Shown: positions 1 to 8,276, counted from the first letter of the stretch. The stretch: 33,823 nt of DNA from a virus (IMGVR_UViG_3300047314_000186:1-33823), one strand, 5' to 3'. A program made the numbers and translations. The notes: generated from the sequence alone by a model not told the origin.

Positions 1-43
1 TAGATTGACGGAGTCAGAGAAACCTGTCCCAAAGTGGGTTGCG

Positions 44-547
44 TCATCCATGATGCTGTTCTGGCGAAAGAATTTCAATTTCTTCTGACGTAATCCGCGT
101 GTCCATGTGCCTGGTTTTGTGCGGCTCGTCGATTAGGAGCGCCGTCGATCCTTTGAGTGAGAACAACCATTCTCCCAGCCATATGCGGGCTGCAAGCGGT
201 GTTTCATCGCTAATTTTTGCGACTATTTCATCGAGGGGCGGGGCAAGCCGGAACCATTCTGCGCGGAGGTGAAGGTCACGAAAAGTGCGGTGCAAAATGC
301 GTTCTTCTTTTTTGCCTCCTAGAGCGATTGCCGCTAAGGCGATCGGAAACGGATTTCCTACTTGTGCAGCTGCCCACCTCTGCATCGGGTCGCGCGCATA
401 GCCAATCTTGACGTATCCCTCGCAGGTCAGGAAGTAGATGTAGTGTGTCCACTTGGCGCGCCGTCGGTCGATCTCGGCCTGCCGTGTAAGGCGCTCCGCT
501 TCTAGACGGGCAATTCTGGCTGGTGGTAGGGGTCGGCGGTGGTTCAT
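44..547 (-). CDS. GIY-YIG superfamily protein (T5orf172/MUG113-like)
   Basis: YIYFL..YVKIGYARDP..RW...QVGNP...EERILHRTF...RAEWF pattern; ATGA overlap with the integrase stop. Confidence 0.8.
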   Translation of the reverse strand: MNHRRPLPPARIARLEAERLTRQAEIDRRRAKWTHYIYFLTCEGYVKIGYARDPMQRWAAAQVGNPFPIALAAIALGGKKEERILHRTFRDLHLRAEWFRLAPPLDEIVAKISDETPLAARIWLGEWLFSLKGSTALLIDEPHKTRHMDTRITSEEIEILSPEQHHG

Positions 548-1593
548 CTTGCCACCTTGTGGTCTGTGCCGGTTTTTGTGCCGCCCAGAGACTCGGCAAG
601 CGCCTGTTCATTCACGAAAGCATAGTGCTTTTCCGTCACTGAAACCGACGAGTGCCCCAGCAGAACAGAAACATCGTGGATGGTCTTCCCATCACACTGC
701 AACCATCGGCATCCGGCCGTCCGGCGCAAGTCGTGCCAGCGGACAGCGGCGGTGCCACTGCGACGCCTTGCTGCCTCCAGGCCCTTACTCATGTGAACAT
801 ATCGGGTTCCGGTATCAGGATTCACCAGGACGTAGCGCGTGTCCAGGCGACGCGGTATCGCATTCAGGATGAGGCGGCTTCTCTGCGTCAGTGGGACGTG
901 CCGCGCCCGCCCGCTTTTGGTCTTGGTGGTGGTGGCAATGATGCCCCGCGCAAAGTCGATTTGCGGCCATTGCAGCCCGAATAGCTCGCTCAACCGCAGT
1001 CCGGTGTCTATTGCCAGGATAATGGCATCACGCACAGCGGGGCTAGCCTGGGCTAGCAGGGCGGCTTCCTCGGTCTCGGTCAGGTAGCGAGTGCGGGGAG
1101 GAGCCTCTTTGAGGCCGCGCTTGGCCCTCCGACGCAAGTAAGCCGGGATAGGGTTGCCGCCCTCGTCGATCCATTCCCAATCTTCGGCCGATGTAAGCAT
1201 CGAGGATAGACAGGCGAAATCGCGCCGGATCGTCCCAGCTGTGACTCCATCGCTGCGCCGTTTGGTTTCGAAATCCGAAAGGGTGGAGCGGGTGATCCTG
1301 TCGAGGGTGAGTCCAGCGAAATGTGGCGCCAGGTTCTTCAAGCTGACGCCGTAACGCTTCGCGCCGCCCGGCTTGAGCGTCGTCAGGTGCTCCCGGATAA
1401 ATCGCTCGGCCGCCTCCTCGAATGTGCGCCGCGGCTTGTCGCCCCACGCGACCGCGTCGAGCTCGTCGAGCCATGCCCTAAGACGTCGACCAGCAATCGC
1501 TCGATCCGCTGTTTTGAGGCTTCGGCGGTACTCTCGGCCTTGACGCTGGGCACGACCCCAGTAGACGCCGCCCCTTCGGTATAGCCCGGCCAT
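544..1593 (-). CDS. int: Tyrosine recombinase / phage integrase
   Basis: TGLR, TKSG, HDLRR, LGH and HY catalytic motifs; start placed at MAGLYRRGG (ATG 1593, GAGG upstream) rather than at the ORF-track start 1911. Confidence 0.95.
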   Translation of the reverse strand: MAGLYRRGGVYWGRAQRQGREYRRSLKTADRAIAGRRLRAWLDELDAVAWGDKPRRTFEEAAERFIREHLTTLKPGGAKRYGVSLKNLAPHFAGLTLDRITRSTLSDFETKRRSDGVTAGTIRRDFACLSSMLTSAEDWEWIDEGGNPIPAYLRRRAKRGLKEAPPRTRYLTETEEAALLAQASPAVRDAIILAIDTGLRLSELFGLQWPQIDFARGIIATTTKTKSGRARHVPLTQRSRLILNAIPRRLDTRYVLVNPDTGTRYVHMSKGLEAARRRSGTAAVRWHDLRRTAGCRWLQCDGKTIHDVSVLLGHSSVSVTEKHYAFVNEQALAESLGGTKTGTDHKVAR

Positions 1594-1778
1594 GCCGATA
1601 CCTCGCGTTGCGTTGATCGCCACCATGCCACGAATGCTTGGCGGTCGAAAAGCCATCCGCCGCCGTGTCCACTGGGCTGATGGGCGCCGGGGATGCGGCC
1701 CGCGGTGGCAAGCCGTGTCCAATGCCGCGCCGTGAAACCGTAATCGCGGGCGAGTTCTGATGCGCGAAGCTGGATCAT
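1383..1778 (-). CDS. xis: Excisionase-like winged-helix DNA-binding protein
   Basis: MIQLRASELARDYGFTARHWTRLATAGRIPGA..GGGWLFD pattern directly upstream of int; ATGA-coupled to the upstream gene; 3' part overlaps int in another frame. Confidence 0.7.
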   Translation of the reverse strand: MIQLRASELARDYGFTARHWTRLATAGRIPGAHQPSGHGGGWLFDRQAFVAWWRSTQREVSAWPGYTEGAASTGVVPSVKAESTAEASKQRIERLLVDVLGHGSTSSTRSRGATSRGAHSRRRPSDLSGST

Positions 1779-2206
1779 TTTCGCTTTTCTCGTTCGGCAA
1801 AGACCACGGCCCGCATTGCGCCAAGGCTCGGCGAGGCCGCGTAGAGCTGCTGGCAGATCGGCAAAGGGTCGAGCCCGAGGTCGCGCCAGAATGGCACCTC
1901 CCCGACGACATGCTGCGCTCCGGGTCCGTCCGTGTGGCAGGTTCGGCATAGCGGCAGCGTCCAGTGATCCCCCGGCTTGAGCCCGGCGCCAGTGATCGGC
2001 TTTCCGGTCCGCGTCATGCGGACATGCGCAGCAACGCCGGCAGGGTCGGTATCGCATCCCAAACAGGGGCAGCGGCGCACGAGCGCGAGATACTTTGCAT
2101 CGTTGTGGACGGCGCCCTGCACGAAAGCGCGGCCCTTGGGCGGCTTGCCGGTGCTTTTGAAAAGCGTCCCCGGCTTGGCGACCGGCGACACGCGCCGCGC
2201 TCTCAT
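1775..2206 (-). CDS. DUF968-like zinc-binding HNH-type nuclease
   Basis: PCLGC...AAHVR...GLKPGDHWTLPLCRTCH motif. Confidence 0.7.
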   Translation of the reverse strand: MRARRVSPVAKPGTLFKSTGKPPKGRAFVQGAVHNDAKYLALVRRCPCLGCDTDPAGVAAHVRMTRTGKPITGAGLKPGDHWTLPLCRTCHTDGPGAQHVVGEVPFWRDLGLDPLPICQQLYAASPSLGAMRAVVFAEREKRK

Positions 2207-2667
2207 GCGCTCCTCCTATCGACTGCGTGCTCTCCGTCACACATCAGGATCAGCTCCCTGCGAACATCTTCCGGCGTGATGCCAGCGTGCATCCATCTGT
2301 TTGCTATAACGTCGATAGCCGCATCGAAGAACCGGTTGAACTCAGTCTGGTCGCACGCTGCCCACGATATCGATCGGCAGACGTAGAACGTCTGGCAAGT
2401 ATCGGCGTCAACGTAGCGCCGCACGAAGCCGGTTGCGAGCTTCACGGCGTCCTTGATCTCGTCGATTGATGCATCCTCGAATAATTCGCAATGCATTTTG
2501 ACAAAACGAAATATCGAAAATGCCAGTCTGTGCTGCCTAACATTGCGAGCCGCCGTCACGTCGACCATCACGTCGCGCCCGTCCTTGAGCCTCGCCAGCA
2601 CTTCGAGGCCCTCGTCGTCGACGGGCGTCAGGGACTTGCCATTCTTCCGGCAGGCGATCTTGGTCAC
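2203..2667 (-). CDS. DUF1367/NinB-like phage recombination accessory protein
   Basis: LTPVD..GLE.L...RNVRQHRLAF...RSISWAACDQTEF..F motifs; located in the recombination operon. Confidence 0.65.
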   Translation of the reverse strand: MTKIACRKNGKSLTPVDDEGLEVLARLKDGRDVMVDVTAARNVRQHRLAFSIFRFVKMHCELFEDASIDEIKDAVKLATGFVRRYVDADTCQTFYVCRSISWAACDQTEFNRFFDAAIDVIANRWMHAGITPEDVRRELILMCDGEHAVDRRSA

Positions 2668-2668
2668 A

Positions 2669-3889
2669 TCACCCTCCCGCCAGACCGTTCTGCGGGTCTA
2701 TGGCATCCAGCCGCTCGCGGTACATCTTCACAGCCACCCGCCATTGATCCTGCGTTAGCCTGTCCCGCTCCGGGATCAACAATTTATCCTTGACCTTGGC
2801 CAGTTGCTCGGGCGTTTCCGCGCCCGACAGCGCGCCGGCCAGATCGCCGGCAAGCCATGTCTCGGCATCGAACACCGGATTAGCCGTCAGCCATTGCACC
2901 CGGCCGCGGAATATCGTCACGGCCTTGAGCCATGCGGTGGGCGACACCTTGCGCTGCTGCGCCGGGCTCATGTGCTTGATCTGCAGGTCCATCATGGTCT
3001 GCGTGTCAGGCGCCGCAGCCGCGACCGACGTAAGCAGATCGAGCCACAAGGCCTCCTGCTTGGGCGTCAGGCGCTTGAGCGGCTCGGGGATGTCGAGCGG
3101 GTCAGGGACCAGTCCCTCGGGGACATCCGCCGCGGTCGCCGGGCGCTCGCCATCCTCCTCCCAAATGACTTGGTCGGCGAAGATCTCGCCGGTTTCGGCA
3201 TTGACCGTTTCGGCTACCCCGCGCTCCTCGTTCTGCAGCTGAACAATTTTATCTTGGGCGCGTAGTCGCAAAATGTCCTGCCAGTCCTCCGGCAGCGTCT
3301 TGATACTCTCGGCGTTGTCATTCATCCAAGCTTTGAATGCGGCCCGGTTGCTCGCCTCATCGATCTCTTTCTGCAGTCGAACATAAATGTCCTTGGCGTT
3401 TTTCTTCGGCAGCGTGGTGGGTTGCGGGATGTCCTCGATTTCGGTCTCGTCCAGGAAACCCAGGCCGCATACGGAGAGCGTGGCGCGGCGCTTCGCCTTG
3501 GTTTCTGCCTTCATTAGCGCGTTCGCAAGGGCTTCACCCTTAAGACCTTGAAGGCTGACGGCGCCTTTGGCCGCGTCCATGCGGCCTTTGCCGTTCACGA
3601 CCTTGGCGGTCACTATAAAAACGCCATCGCGCTCGCTCTCGATCAGGTCCGTGACTGATACCTCGTGGATGGCCCTGAGCTGGTCGGTGGCGTCCTTGCG
3701 TGCGTACAACGTAAGACGGCCGTTGAGCGTTATATATTCGAAAGGCCGCGTCATCGGGTTGAGCCCGACCGATTGGCAGACCGTCGAATAGTATTTCGCG
3801 CGCTCTTCCGGCGTGAGAGCCGCAATGTCGCCGCGCGCAATAACGGCCTCGATGATCTCGCCGGCTTTGATAGGTGTGAGGTTGGTCAC
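2669..3889 (-). CDS. Putative ssDNA-annealing recombinase (RecT/Redbeta-like N-terminus, long C-terminal extension)
   Basis: GDIAALTPEER..YY..VC.SVGLNPMTRPFEYI.LNG.LTLYA..DATDQLR and MKAETKAKRRATL; GTG 3889 overlaps the upstream stop (GTGA). Confidence 0.6.
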   Translation of the reverse strand: MTNLTPIKAGEIIEAVIARGDIAALTPEERAKYYSTVCQSVGLNPMTRPFEYITLNGRLTLYARKDATDQLRAIHEVSVTDLIESERDGVFIVTAKVVNGKGRMDAAKGAVSLQGLKGEALANALMKAETKAKRRATLSVCGLGFLDETEIEDIPQPTTLPKKNAKDIYVRLQKEIDEASNRAAFKAWMNDNAESIKTLPEDWQDILRLRAQDKIVQLQNEERGVAETVNAETGEIFADQVIWEEDGERPATAADVPEGLVPDPLDIPEPLKRLTPKQEALWLDLLTSVAAAAPDTQTMMDLQIKHMSPAQQRKVSPTAWLKAVTIFRGRVQWLTANPVFDAETWLAGDLAGALSGAETPEQLAKVKDKLLIPERDRLTQDQWRVAVKMYRERLDAIDPQNGLAGG

Positions 3890-4095
3890 AGTTTGCCCTT
3901 TAGGTCGTATATGAGTGAGAAATACAGGTCGGCAATTGCCGTTCGCTGAATGATCCGATGCCGGAAAGCTTCCGCCCAAGCGGCGTCCGAAATCTCGGGA
4001 AAGTCGCTCACCCGGATGATCAGTCGCCGCAGGGCAATGTCCTCCATCACGCGAAGGCGCCTGCGAGCGATCAGGTGTTGTATGGCGATGTCCAT
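3886..4095 (-). CDS. Hypothetical phage protein (69 aa)
   Basis: MDIAIQHLIARR...; packed between neighbours with a GTGA overlap. Confidence 0.55.
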   Translation of the reverse strand: MDIAIQHLIARRRLRVMEDIALRRLIIRVSDFPEISDAAWAEAFRHRIIQRTAIADLYFSLIYDLKGKL

Positions 4096-4097
4096 GA

Positions 4098-4178
4098 TCA
4101 CGCGAATGCGCCTGCGAGCGCGAGGACGGCGATGATGAATGCCGAGAGGACGACGGCTTCGAGCGCAGCGGCGATCAT
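4098..4178 (-). CDS. Small hydrophobic peptide (26 aa)
   Basis: MIAAALEAVVLSAFIIAVLALAGAFA; ATGA-coupled to the upstream gene and fills the operon gap exactly. Confidence 0.45.
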   Translation of the reverse strand: MIAAALEAVVLSAFIIAVLALAGAFA

Positions 4179-4501
4179 CGGTCGCGCTCCATTGCATCGT
4201 CGCGTCGGCGATCGAGTTCGGCATCCGGGTCTTGGCATTGGCCGCAGGCCCAAGTCTCGATCCCGTGGTACCAGACGCGCGACAGCGGGCGGCGCTTGCC
4301 GCAGCAGTCGCACTCGCCGCGCAGTCCGTCCTCGCGCGCATCGCGCTCGTCGTCGGGCGACATGAGTTTCCAGGCGTCATATCCTCGGATGGTCATTTGA
4401 TTTACTCCACTTTTTCGCGGTGAGGCTAAGTAGTCCCAAATACAACATCCGGCGCTGGTAATAAAAACGATGGCCCATGCGGTAATCACATCAAAGCTCA
4501 T
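4175..4501 (-). CDS. Zn-finger-like phage protein (alternative start at 4396)
   Basis: YDAWKL motif, CDCC...CGQC; ATGA coupling at 4501 and a GGAG-preceded ATG at 4396. Confidence 0.6.
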   Translation of the reverse strand: MSFDVITAWAIVFITSAGCCIWDYLASPRKSGVNQMTIRGYDAWKLMSPDDERDAREDGLRGECDCCGKRRPLSRVWYHGIETWACGQCQDPDAELDRRRDDAMERDR

Positions 4502-4662
4502 GATCGGTCCTCGATCTTCTGCTTGAGGTCTTCGATGGCCTCCTGCTCGGTCGCTCCGAGCCCGATCGGGCTGTCGTAGTCATAGGTGTTGTCATCGATC
4601 GCGATCCAGTCGAAGCCTCGAACAGGAATTGGCGGCGGGTCGTAGTAGGTGCGGATTTTCAT
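4498..4662 (-). CDS. Small acidic phage protein (54 aa, missing from the ORF track)
   Basis: MKIRTYYDPPPIPVRGFDWIAIDDNTYDYDSPIGLGATEQEAIEDLKQKIEDRS; ATGA overlaps at both ends. Confidence 0.75.
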   Translation of the reverse strand: MKIRTYYDPPPIPVRGFDWIAIDDNTYDYDSPIGLGATEQEAIEDLKQKIEDRS

Positions 4663-4973
4663 GGCCGCACCCGGTGGAAGGGGCCGCGCGGCAGGCCGTC
4701 ATACCGGTCTTCGAGCAGCCGCTCGGCGACTTGGTTAAGCGTTCCCGCGACATCACCCGCGAGATCGCTCAAGTGCGCGTCGATAGTCGCGACCAGATCG
4801 GCGTGCTGCATAATGGCGGTGGGGTCGTTCTCGGCCGCCTCCCGCACGATCTTGGTCAAGACTTCGCGCGCGCCGGACAGGACCAGCTCGGCCATCGTGG
4901 CGCGGCGGGTGAAGTCCTCCGGGCTCGGGTACACGGGGATGGGCGGGAGGGCGTCGGTGGTCTGGGCGGTCAT
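4659..4973 (-). CDS. Hypothetical protein, first gene of the leftward early operon
   Basis: GGAG upstream of ATG 4973 (MTAQTTDALPPIP), just downstream of the pL-like promoter. Confidence 0.7.
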   Translation of the reverse strand: MTAQTTDALPPIPVYPSPEDFTRRATMAELVLSGAREVLTKIVREAAENDPTAIMQHADLVATIDAHLSDLAGDVAGTLNQVAERLLEDRYDGLPRGPFHRVRP

Positions 4974-4998
4974 AGCGGTCTCCGTTGTCGATGGGGAG

Positions 4999-5051
4999 AC
5001 GGTACCAGATCGGTACATGGCGTCAATAGAAAAATGTACCGTATCGGCACT
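4999..5051 (-). promoter_or_regulatory. pL-like promoter with two operators
   Basis: Minus strand TTGACG (5026-5021), 16 nt, TACCGT (5004-4999); operators GGTACC-AGATC-GGTACA (5001-5017) and TGTACC-GTATC-GGCACT (5035-5051). Confidence 0.75.
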
Positions 5052-5126
5052 TATTTTTCCATGCCAAGAACCAGCGCGGTACGGCCGCGCGGCGCGACAT
5101 CCGAACGCTCGCGATGAGGAGACTAG

Positions 5127-5441
5127 CTAAGTACCTGTTTTCTTAATAATATCGGCTAAATCTGCAATTTTTTGGAGCACTTCCTCAAGTTGGGTGTCGG
5201 CGGTTTTGGTGCCTTCTGGATGAGGTGGCTGCCAAAGCGCCTCAGGCTTGCAATCGAGGGCCGCGGCGAGGGCGGCGATCTTGTCCGGATTGAGCCGGTG
5301 CTGCTGATTACGCCAGCGGGTTACGGTCTCTCTGGCCACGCCAATTCGGTTGGCGATCTTCTCATCAGATAGGCCACGGGCCTCCATATGCTCTTCGATG
5401 TAGAGGTGAGCGGCCGACTTACGCCCTATGTTTGTAACCAT
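5127..5441 (-). CDS. cI: XRE-family HTH repressor (CI-like, no S24 peptidase domain)
   Basis: ARGLSDEKIANRIGVARETVTRWRN HTH; divergent from the cro-like gene. Confidence 0.8.
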   Translation of the reverse strand: MVTNIGRKSAAHLYIEEHMEARGLSDEKIANRIGVARETVTRWRNQQHRLNPDKIAALAAALDCKPEALWQPPHPEGTKTADTQLEEVLQKIADLADIIKKTGT

Positions 5442-5528
5442 GCTGGTACAATAGCCTGATTAGGCCATGGCGTCATGTACCATGCTGGCACAAAGCTATT
5501 GACAGGTTAAGTACCTATTCGGTACAAA
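5434..5528. promoter_or_regulatory. OR-like switch: three operators and divergent pRM/pR-like promoters
   Basis: Operators GTAACC-ATGCT-GGTACA (5434-5450), TGTACC-ATGCT-GGCACA (5476-5492), AGTACC-TATTC-GGTACA (5510-5526); plus-strand TTGACA (5499-5504)...TACAAA (5523-5528); minus-strand ATGACG (5476-5471), 17 nt, TATTGT (5453-5448). Confidence 0.8.
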
Positions 5529-5534
5529 TTTGGG

Positions 5535-5753
5535 ATGGACACGATCTATCCCATCAAGGCTTTCCGCGAACGACTGGAGCTTTCGCAGCAGCAGCTTGCC
5601 GATCTTCTCGGCGTGGCCCGAGAGACGATCTCAAGGTGGGAAACCGGGGCCCGCAAGATTGATGGCGACTTGCTGCATCGGGTTGTCGAGCGCACCGGCA
5701 TCCCGGCCACCGAGCTGCGTCCCGATCTGGCCAAGCTACTGGCCGCCGAATAA
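5535..5753 (+). CDS. cro: Cro-like HTH regulator
   Basis: LSQQQLADLLGVARETISRWETG HTH and terminal ELRPDL motif. Confidence 0.85.
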   Translation: MDTIYPIKAFRERLELSQQQLADLLGVARETISRWETGARKIDGDLLHRVVERTGIPATELRPDLAKLLAAE

Positions 5754-5778
5754 TGACGTTGCGTAAGCGTGGCGTGCG

Positions 5779-5810
5779 CCCCTCCCGTGTGTGTTGTTGC
5801 GCGGGAGGGG
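5779..5810 (+). terminator. GC-rich hairpin after cro (tR1-like position)
   Basis: CCCCTCCCG (5779-5787) pairs with CGGGAGGGG (5802-5810); no U-tract. Confidence 0.4.
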
Positions 5811-5840
5811 TGACCTAAGTGTGCAACCATTGGAGATCAA

Positions 5841-6440
5841 ATGAGTACGTTGGCAGTGAATGAAGGCAACCGACAAGTAGCACGCCCGCTTGCGGCGCTG
5901 GTGCGGCTGATCAAAGAAGATTTGGCGCATGGCGATGAAGCTGCGAAGAGTGCAGCACGCCCCTACTACACCGCCGCTGGAGAAAAGATGCTTGAAGCCA
6001 AGGGGCAGATGCAGCGCGGCGAATTCACCGGATGGATCAAGCGCAACTTCGATTGCGGTATTCGCAACGCGCAACTGTATATGTCCGTCGCGCGCGCAAC
6101 CCTGGATCTGGAAAAGCGAAACGGCGTTTCGCATTCCGACGATACCAGTTTTCGTGAAGCTATTCGTAAGCACACCGGCAACACCAATTTTGGCAAGCCA
6201 GCAACATGGCGCGGTGAAATCGATGACAAGGTTAAACAGGCGCAGGAACAAGCCAAGCGCCTGCGCGACGAGGAATTGACCCGTCAGCAGGAACGTGAGG
6301 CTGAGCGGAAGCTCGCAATCCAATTGATCGACATTGGCTTCAAGGCTCTCGCTTCGAAATTCCATCCTGACAAGGGTGGATCGAGGGACGCAATGTCGCG
6401 TCTCAACCGCGTGCGTTATCGCTTGAAACAACACGCTTGA
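5841..6440 (+). CDS. DUF3102-like protein with C-terminal J-domain-like HPD segment
   Basis: AGEKMLEAK..MQRGEFTGWI..NF..GIRNAQLYM, then FKALASKFHPDKGGSRDAMSRLN. Confidence 0.7.
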   Translation: MSTLAVNEGNRQVARPLAALVRLIKEDLAHGDEAAKSAARPYYTAAGEKMLEAKGQMQRGEFTGWIKRNFDCGIRNAQLYMSVARATLDLEKRNGVSHSDDTSFREAIRKHTGNTNFGKPATWRGEIDDKVKQAQEQAKRLRDEELTRQQEREAERKLAIQLIDIGFKALASKFHPDKGGSRDAMSRLNRVRYRLKQHA

Positions 6441-6455
6441 ACAGGAGAACTACAA

Positions 6456-6947
6456 ATGGACTTGTTTGGCAAGGATACCTCGGTCACCAAGGTGATCGAA
6501 AGAACCAAGCCGACACTGATCACCATCGGGAAGCGACAGGTAATCTCTAGTGGTCGTTGGAACAATGACCTTATGGCCGACTACGTAATGATGCACGGGG
6601 CTTCCAGATATATTCCGATCGGGGAGTTGGCCAAGACCGCCTACATGCAGGCGATGCCGCGCAACAAGGAACGGGTGCGCAAGAATATATTTCATCTGTT
6701 CCGCACCATTCTGCTGAAGTACGGCCGTCTGCTCGTAGTTGAATACGGGTCACCACATAATCGTGCCCAAGCGGTGAAGCTGTTTGATACCAGCTCTGAT
6801 CTGGATCGGAAGGCGCTATGGCCAAAAATAGAGCGAATGCGCAAGCGCCGCGAATTGAGTGAGGCCCAATACGAGATGGCTGTGGAGGTATTGGAAAGAG
6901 GTGTGGATACAGTCACCGAGGCGACCCGACCCGACGCCGGAGCATGA
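6456..6947 (+). CDS. Hypothetical basic protein
   Basis: AGGAG RBS; 163-aa ORF in the operon. Confidence 0.7.
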   Translation: MDLFGKDTSVTKVIERTKPTLITIGKRQVISSGRWNNDLMADYVMMHGASRYIPIGELAKTAYMQAMPRNKERVRKNIFHLFRTILLKYGRLLVVEYGSPHNRAQAVKLFDTSSDLDRKALWPKIERMRKRRELSEAQYEMAVEVLERGVDTVTEATRPDAGA

Positions 6948-7300
6948 GCAAGCTCGGCGCGATAATCACTGGCCTTGCGCTGGCCTCGATCCTGGTCGCG
7001 GCCGTGAGCGTGCGGCAAGGTCCCCGCGCAGGCGGGGAGGCGCGGCCGTCGAAGCCCGCAGTCGAGGCGCGGCAGGTGGACATGCCGGTGCCACCCAAGG
7101 CCGATCGCCTGCCGTTGCCGGCTGTTCCAGCGCCACTAGTGGCCGAGCCCGAGCCGCCGCTGTTGAAGGCCGATCCCGTCCCGATCGCCGTCGCGCAGCT
7201 CAAGCCGCCCGCTTCCCGCGCCGATCCGGTCTGCGGCCCGCGCGGGCGTGTCTGGTACACGAAAGACAACGGCTACCGATACTGGAAATGCATCAGGTGA
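6944..7300 (+). CDS. Exported or membrane-anchored Pro-rich protein with C-terminal Cys pair
   Basis: Hydrophobic N-terminus, Pro-rich linker, CGPRGR...YWKC; ATGA overlap. Confidence 0.7.
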   Translation: MSKLGAIITGLALASILVAAVSVRQGPRAGGEARPSKPAVEARQVDMPVPPKADRLPLPAVPAPLVAEPEPPLLKADPVPIAVAQLKPPASRADPVCGPRGRVWYTKDNGYRYWKCIR

Positions 7301-7305
7301 GGCAG

Positions 7306-7521
7306 ATGACAGGCTCGAACCCATGGATCGTTGATCGTCACGGCGGGCGCTATTTTGATACGCGCAAGGTTCGCGCCGTAGGACCGGACGAAGCGTCAGT
7401 CCGGCCCGTCTTCGATAAGATCAAGCGCGACTTACGACAGGGCGAAGTGAGGTTGCTCGACCCGACCGGAAAGATCGTCGATCGGTGCTGGGCGCCGTGC
7501 GCCAGAGTTCATTTGGGTTGA
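7306..7521 (+). CDS. Hypothetical protein (71 aa)
   Basis: MTGSNPWIVDRHGG...; GAGG upstream; 3' part of track ORF 6859-7521. Confidence 0.6.
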   Translation: MTGSNPWIVDRHGGRYFDTRKVRAVGPDEASVRPVFDKIKRDLRQGEVRLLDPTGKIVDRCWAPCARVHLG

Positions 7522-7528
7522 ATTCCAA

Positions 7529-7852
7529 ATGACATGCGGGCACGCGCACTGGGAATCCGAGGCGGCGGTCGCGGACGGAATGTGCCCAATCTGCTTGGCG
7601 GCCGAGATCGATGGGCTGAGAGAGGAGATCGATGACCTGATGAAGGCCAACGCGCTGTTGGACGCGCTTATCGGCAACCGCGAGGCCGAGATCGAGCGGC
7701 TGCGGGCCGATTTGCGCCGCCTTTGGCACTTCGCCGGCTGCCCATTTGATCACTGCCAAACCTGCATCGATGACGCGAAATGGATCAAGAGCCTGGAGGA
7801 TCGGCTAGGGCCGCCGTCTGCCAATTCCGTTATAGCGCAGCGCAATTACTGA
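7529..7852 (+). CDS. Modular Cys/His-finger plus coiled-coil protein (copy 1)
   Basis: CGHAH...CPIC, AEIERLRA coiled coil, C-terminal CPFDHCQTC. Confidence 0.7.
   Translation: MTCGHAHWESEAAVADGMCPICLAAEIDGLREEIDDLMKANALLDALIGNREAEIERLRADLRRLWHFAGCPFDHCQTCIDDAKWIKSLEDRLGPPSANSVIAQRNY
7530..7611 (+). repeat. 82-bp direct repeat, copy 1
   Basis: 80/82 identical to 8561-8642 by manual alignment. Confidence 0.95.
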
Positions 7853-7895
7853 CGGGCCTGGAGCAGAAATACGACGAAGCCACCAAGGAGGAAGC

Positions 7896-8276
7896 ATGAC
7901 CATCGAGCAAGAGCGCGACCGCGTCCGCGACCAAGAGAATAACTACATGCCGCCGCGCGCGCGCGACCCGCTCGCCCTTGCCGGCGTCACCGTCCAGGCC
8001 GTCGACCAGATCGGCGAGTCCGCCGCGCATGAGATCGAGGAAGCGGCCGCAGCGGTCGAGTTGGCCGCGGGCGAGATCGGCACGAAGCTTCGCAAGCTCG
8101 CCGCCGCCGTGCGCGAGCACAGCAAGATCGCCGGCGAGCAGGTCGCCGACTTCGTCAACCGCTCGACCAGCGTCATCGAGACGATCCGCGCGCTGCAGGA
8201 GCGCCTCGACGCCGGCGCGCCCAAGAAGGGCAACGGCGCGGTGAATGAACAAGCGGAAGTTCGCTCACGGGAATAG
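7896..8276 (+). CDS. Hypothetical helical/coiled-coil protein
   Basis: AGGAGG RBS; strong GC3 codon pattern. Confidence 0.75.
   Translation: MTIEQERDRVRDQENNYMPPRARDPLALAGVTVQAVDQIGESAAHEIEEAAAAVELAAGEIGTKLRKLAAAVREHSKIAGEQVADFVNRSTSVIETIRALQERLDAGAPKKGNGAVNEQAEVRSRE

Noticed and set aside
1-43. attL/attP core
   Set aside because: No tRNA 3' end or second copy visible in the window; needs flanking sequence
1594-1911. ORF-track N-terminal extension of the integrase
   Set aside because: Overlaps xis and the DUF968-like gene; a better RBS-ATG exists at 1593
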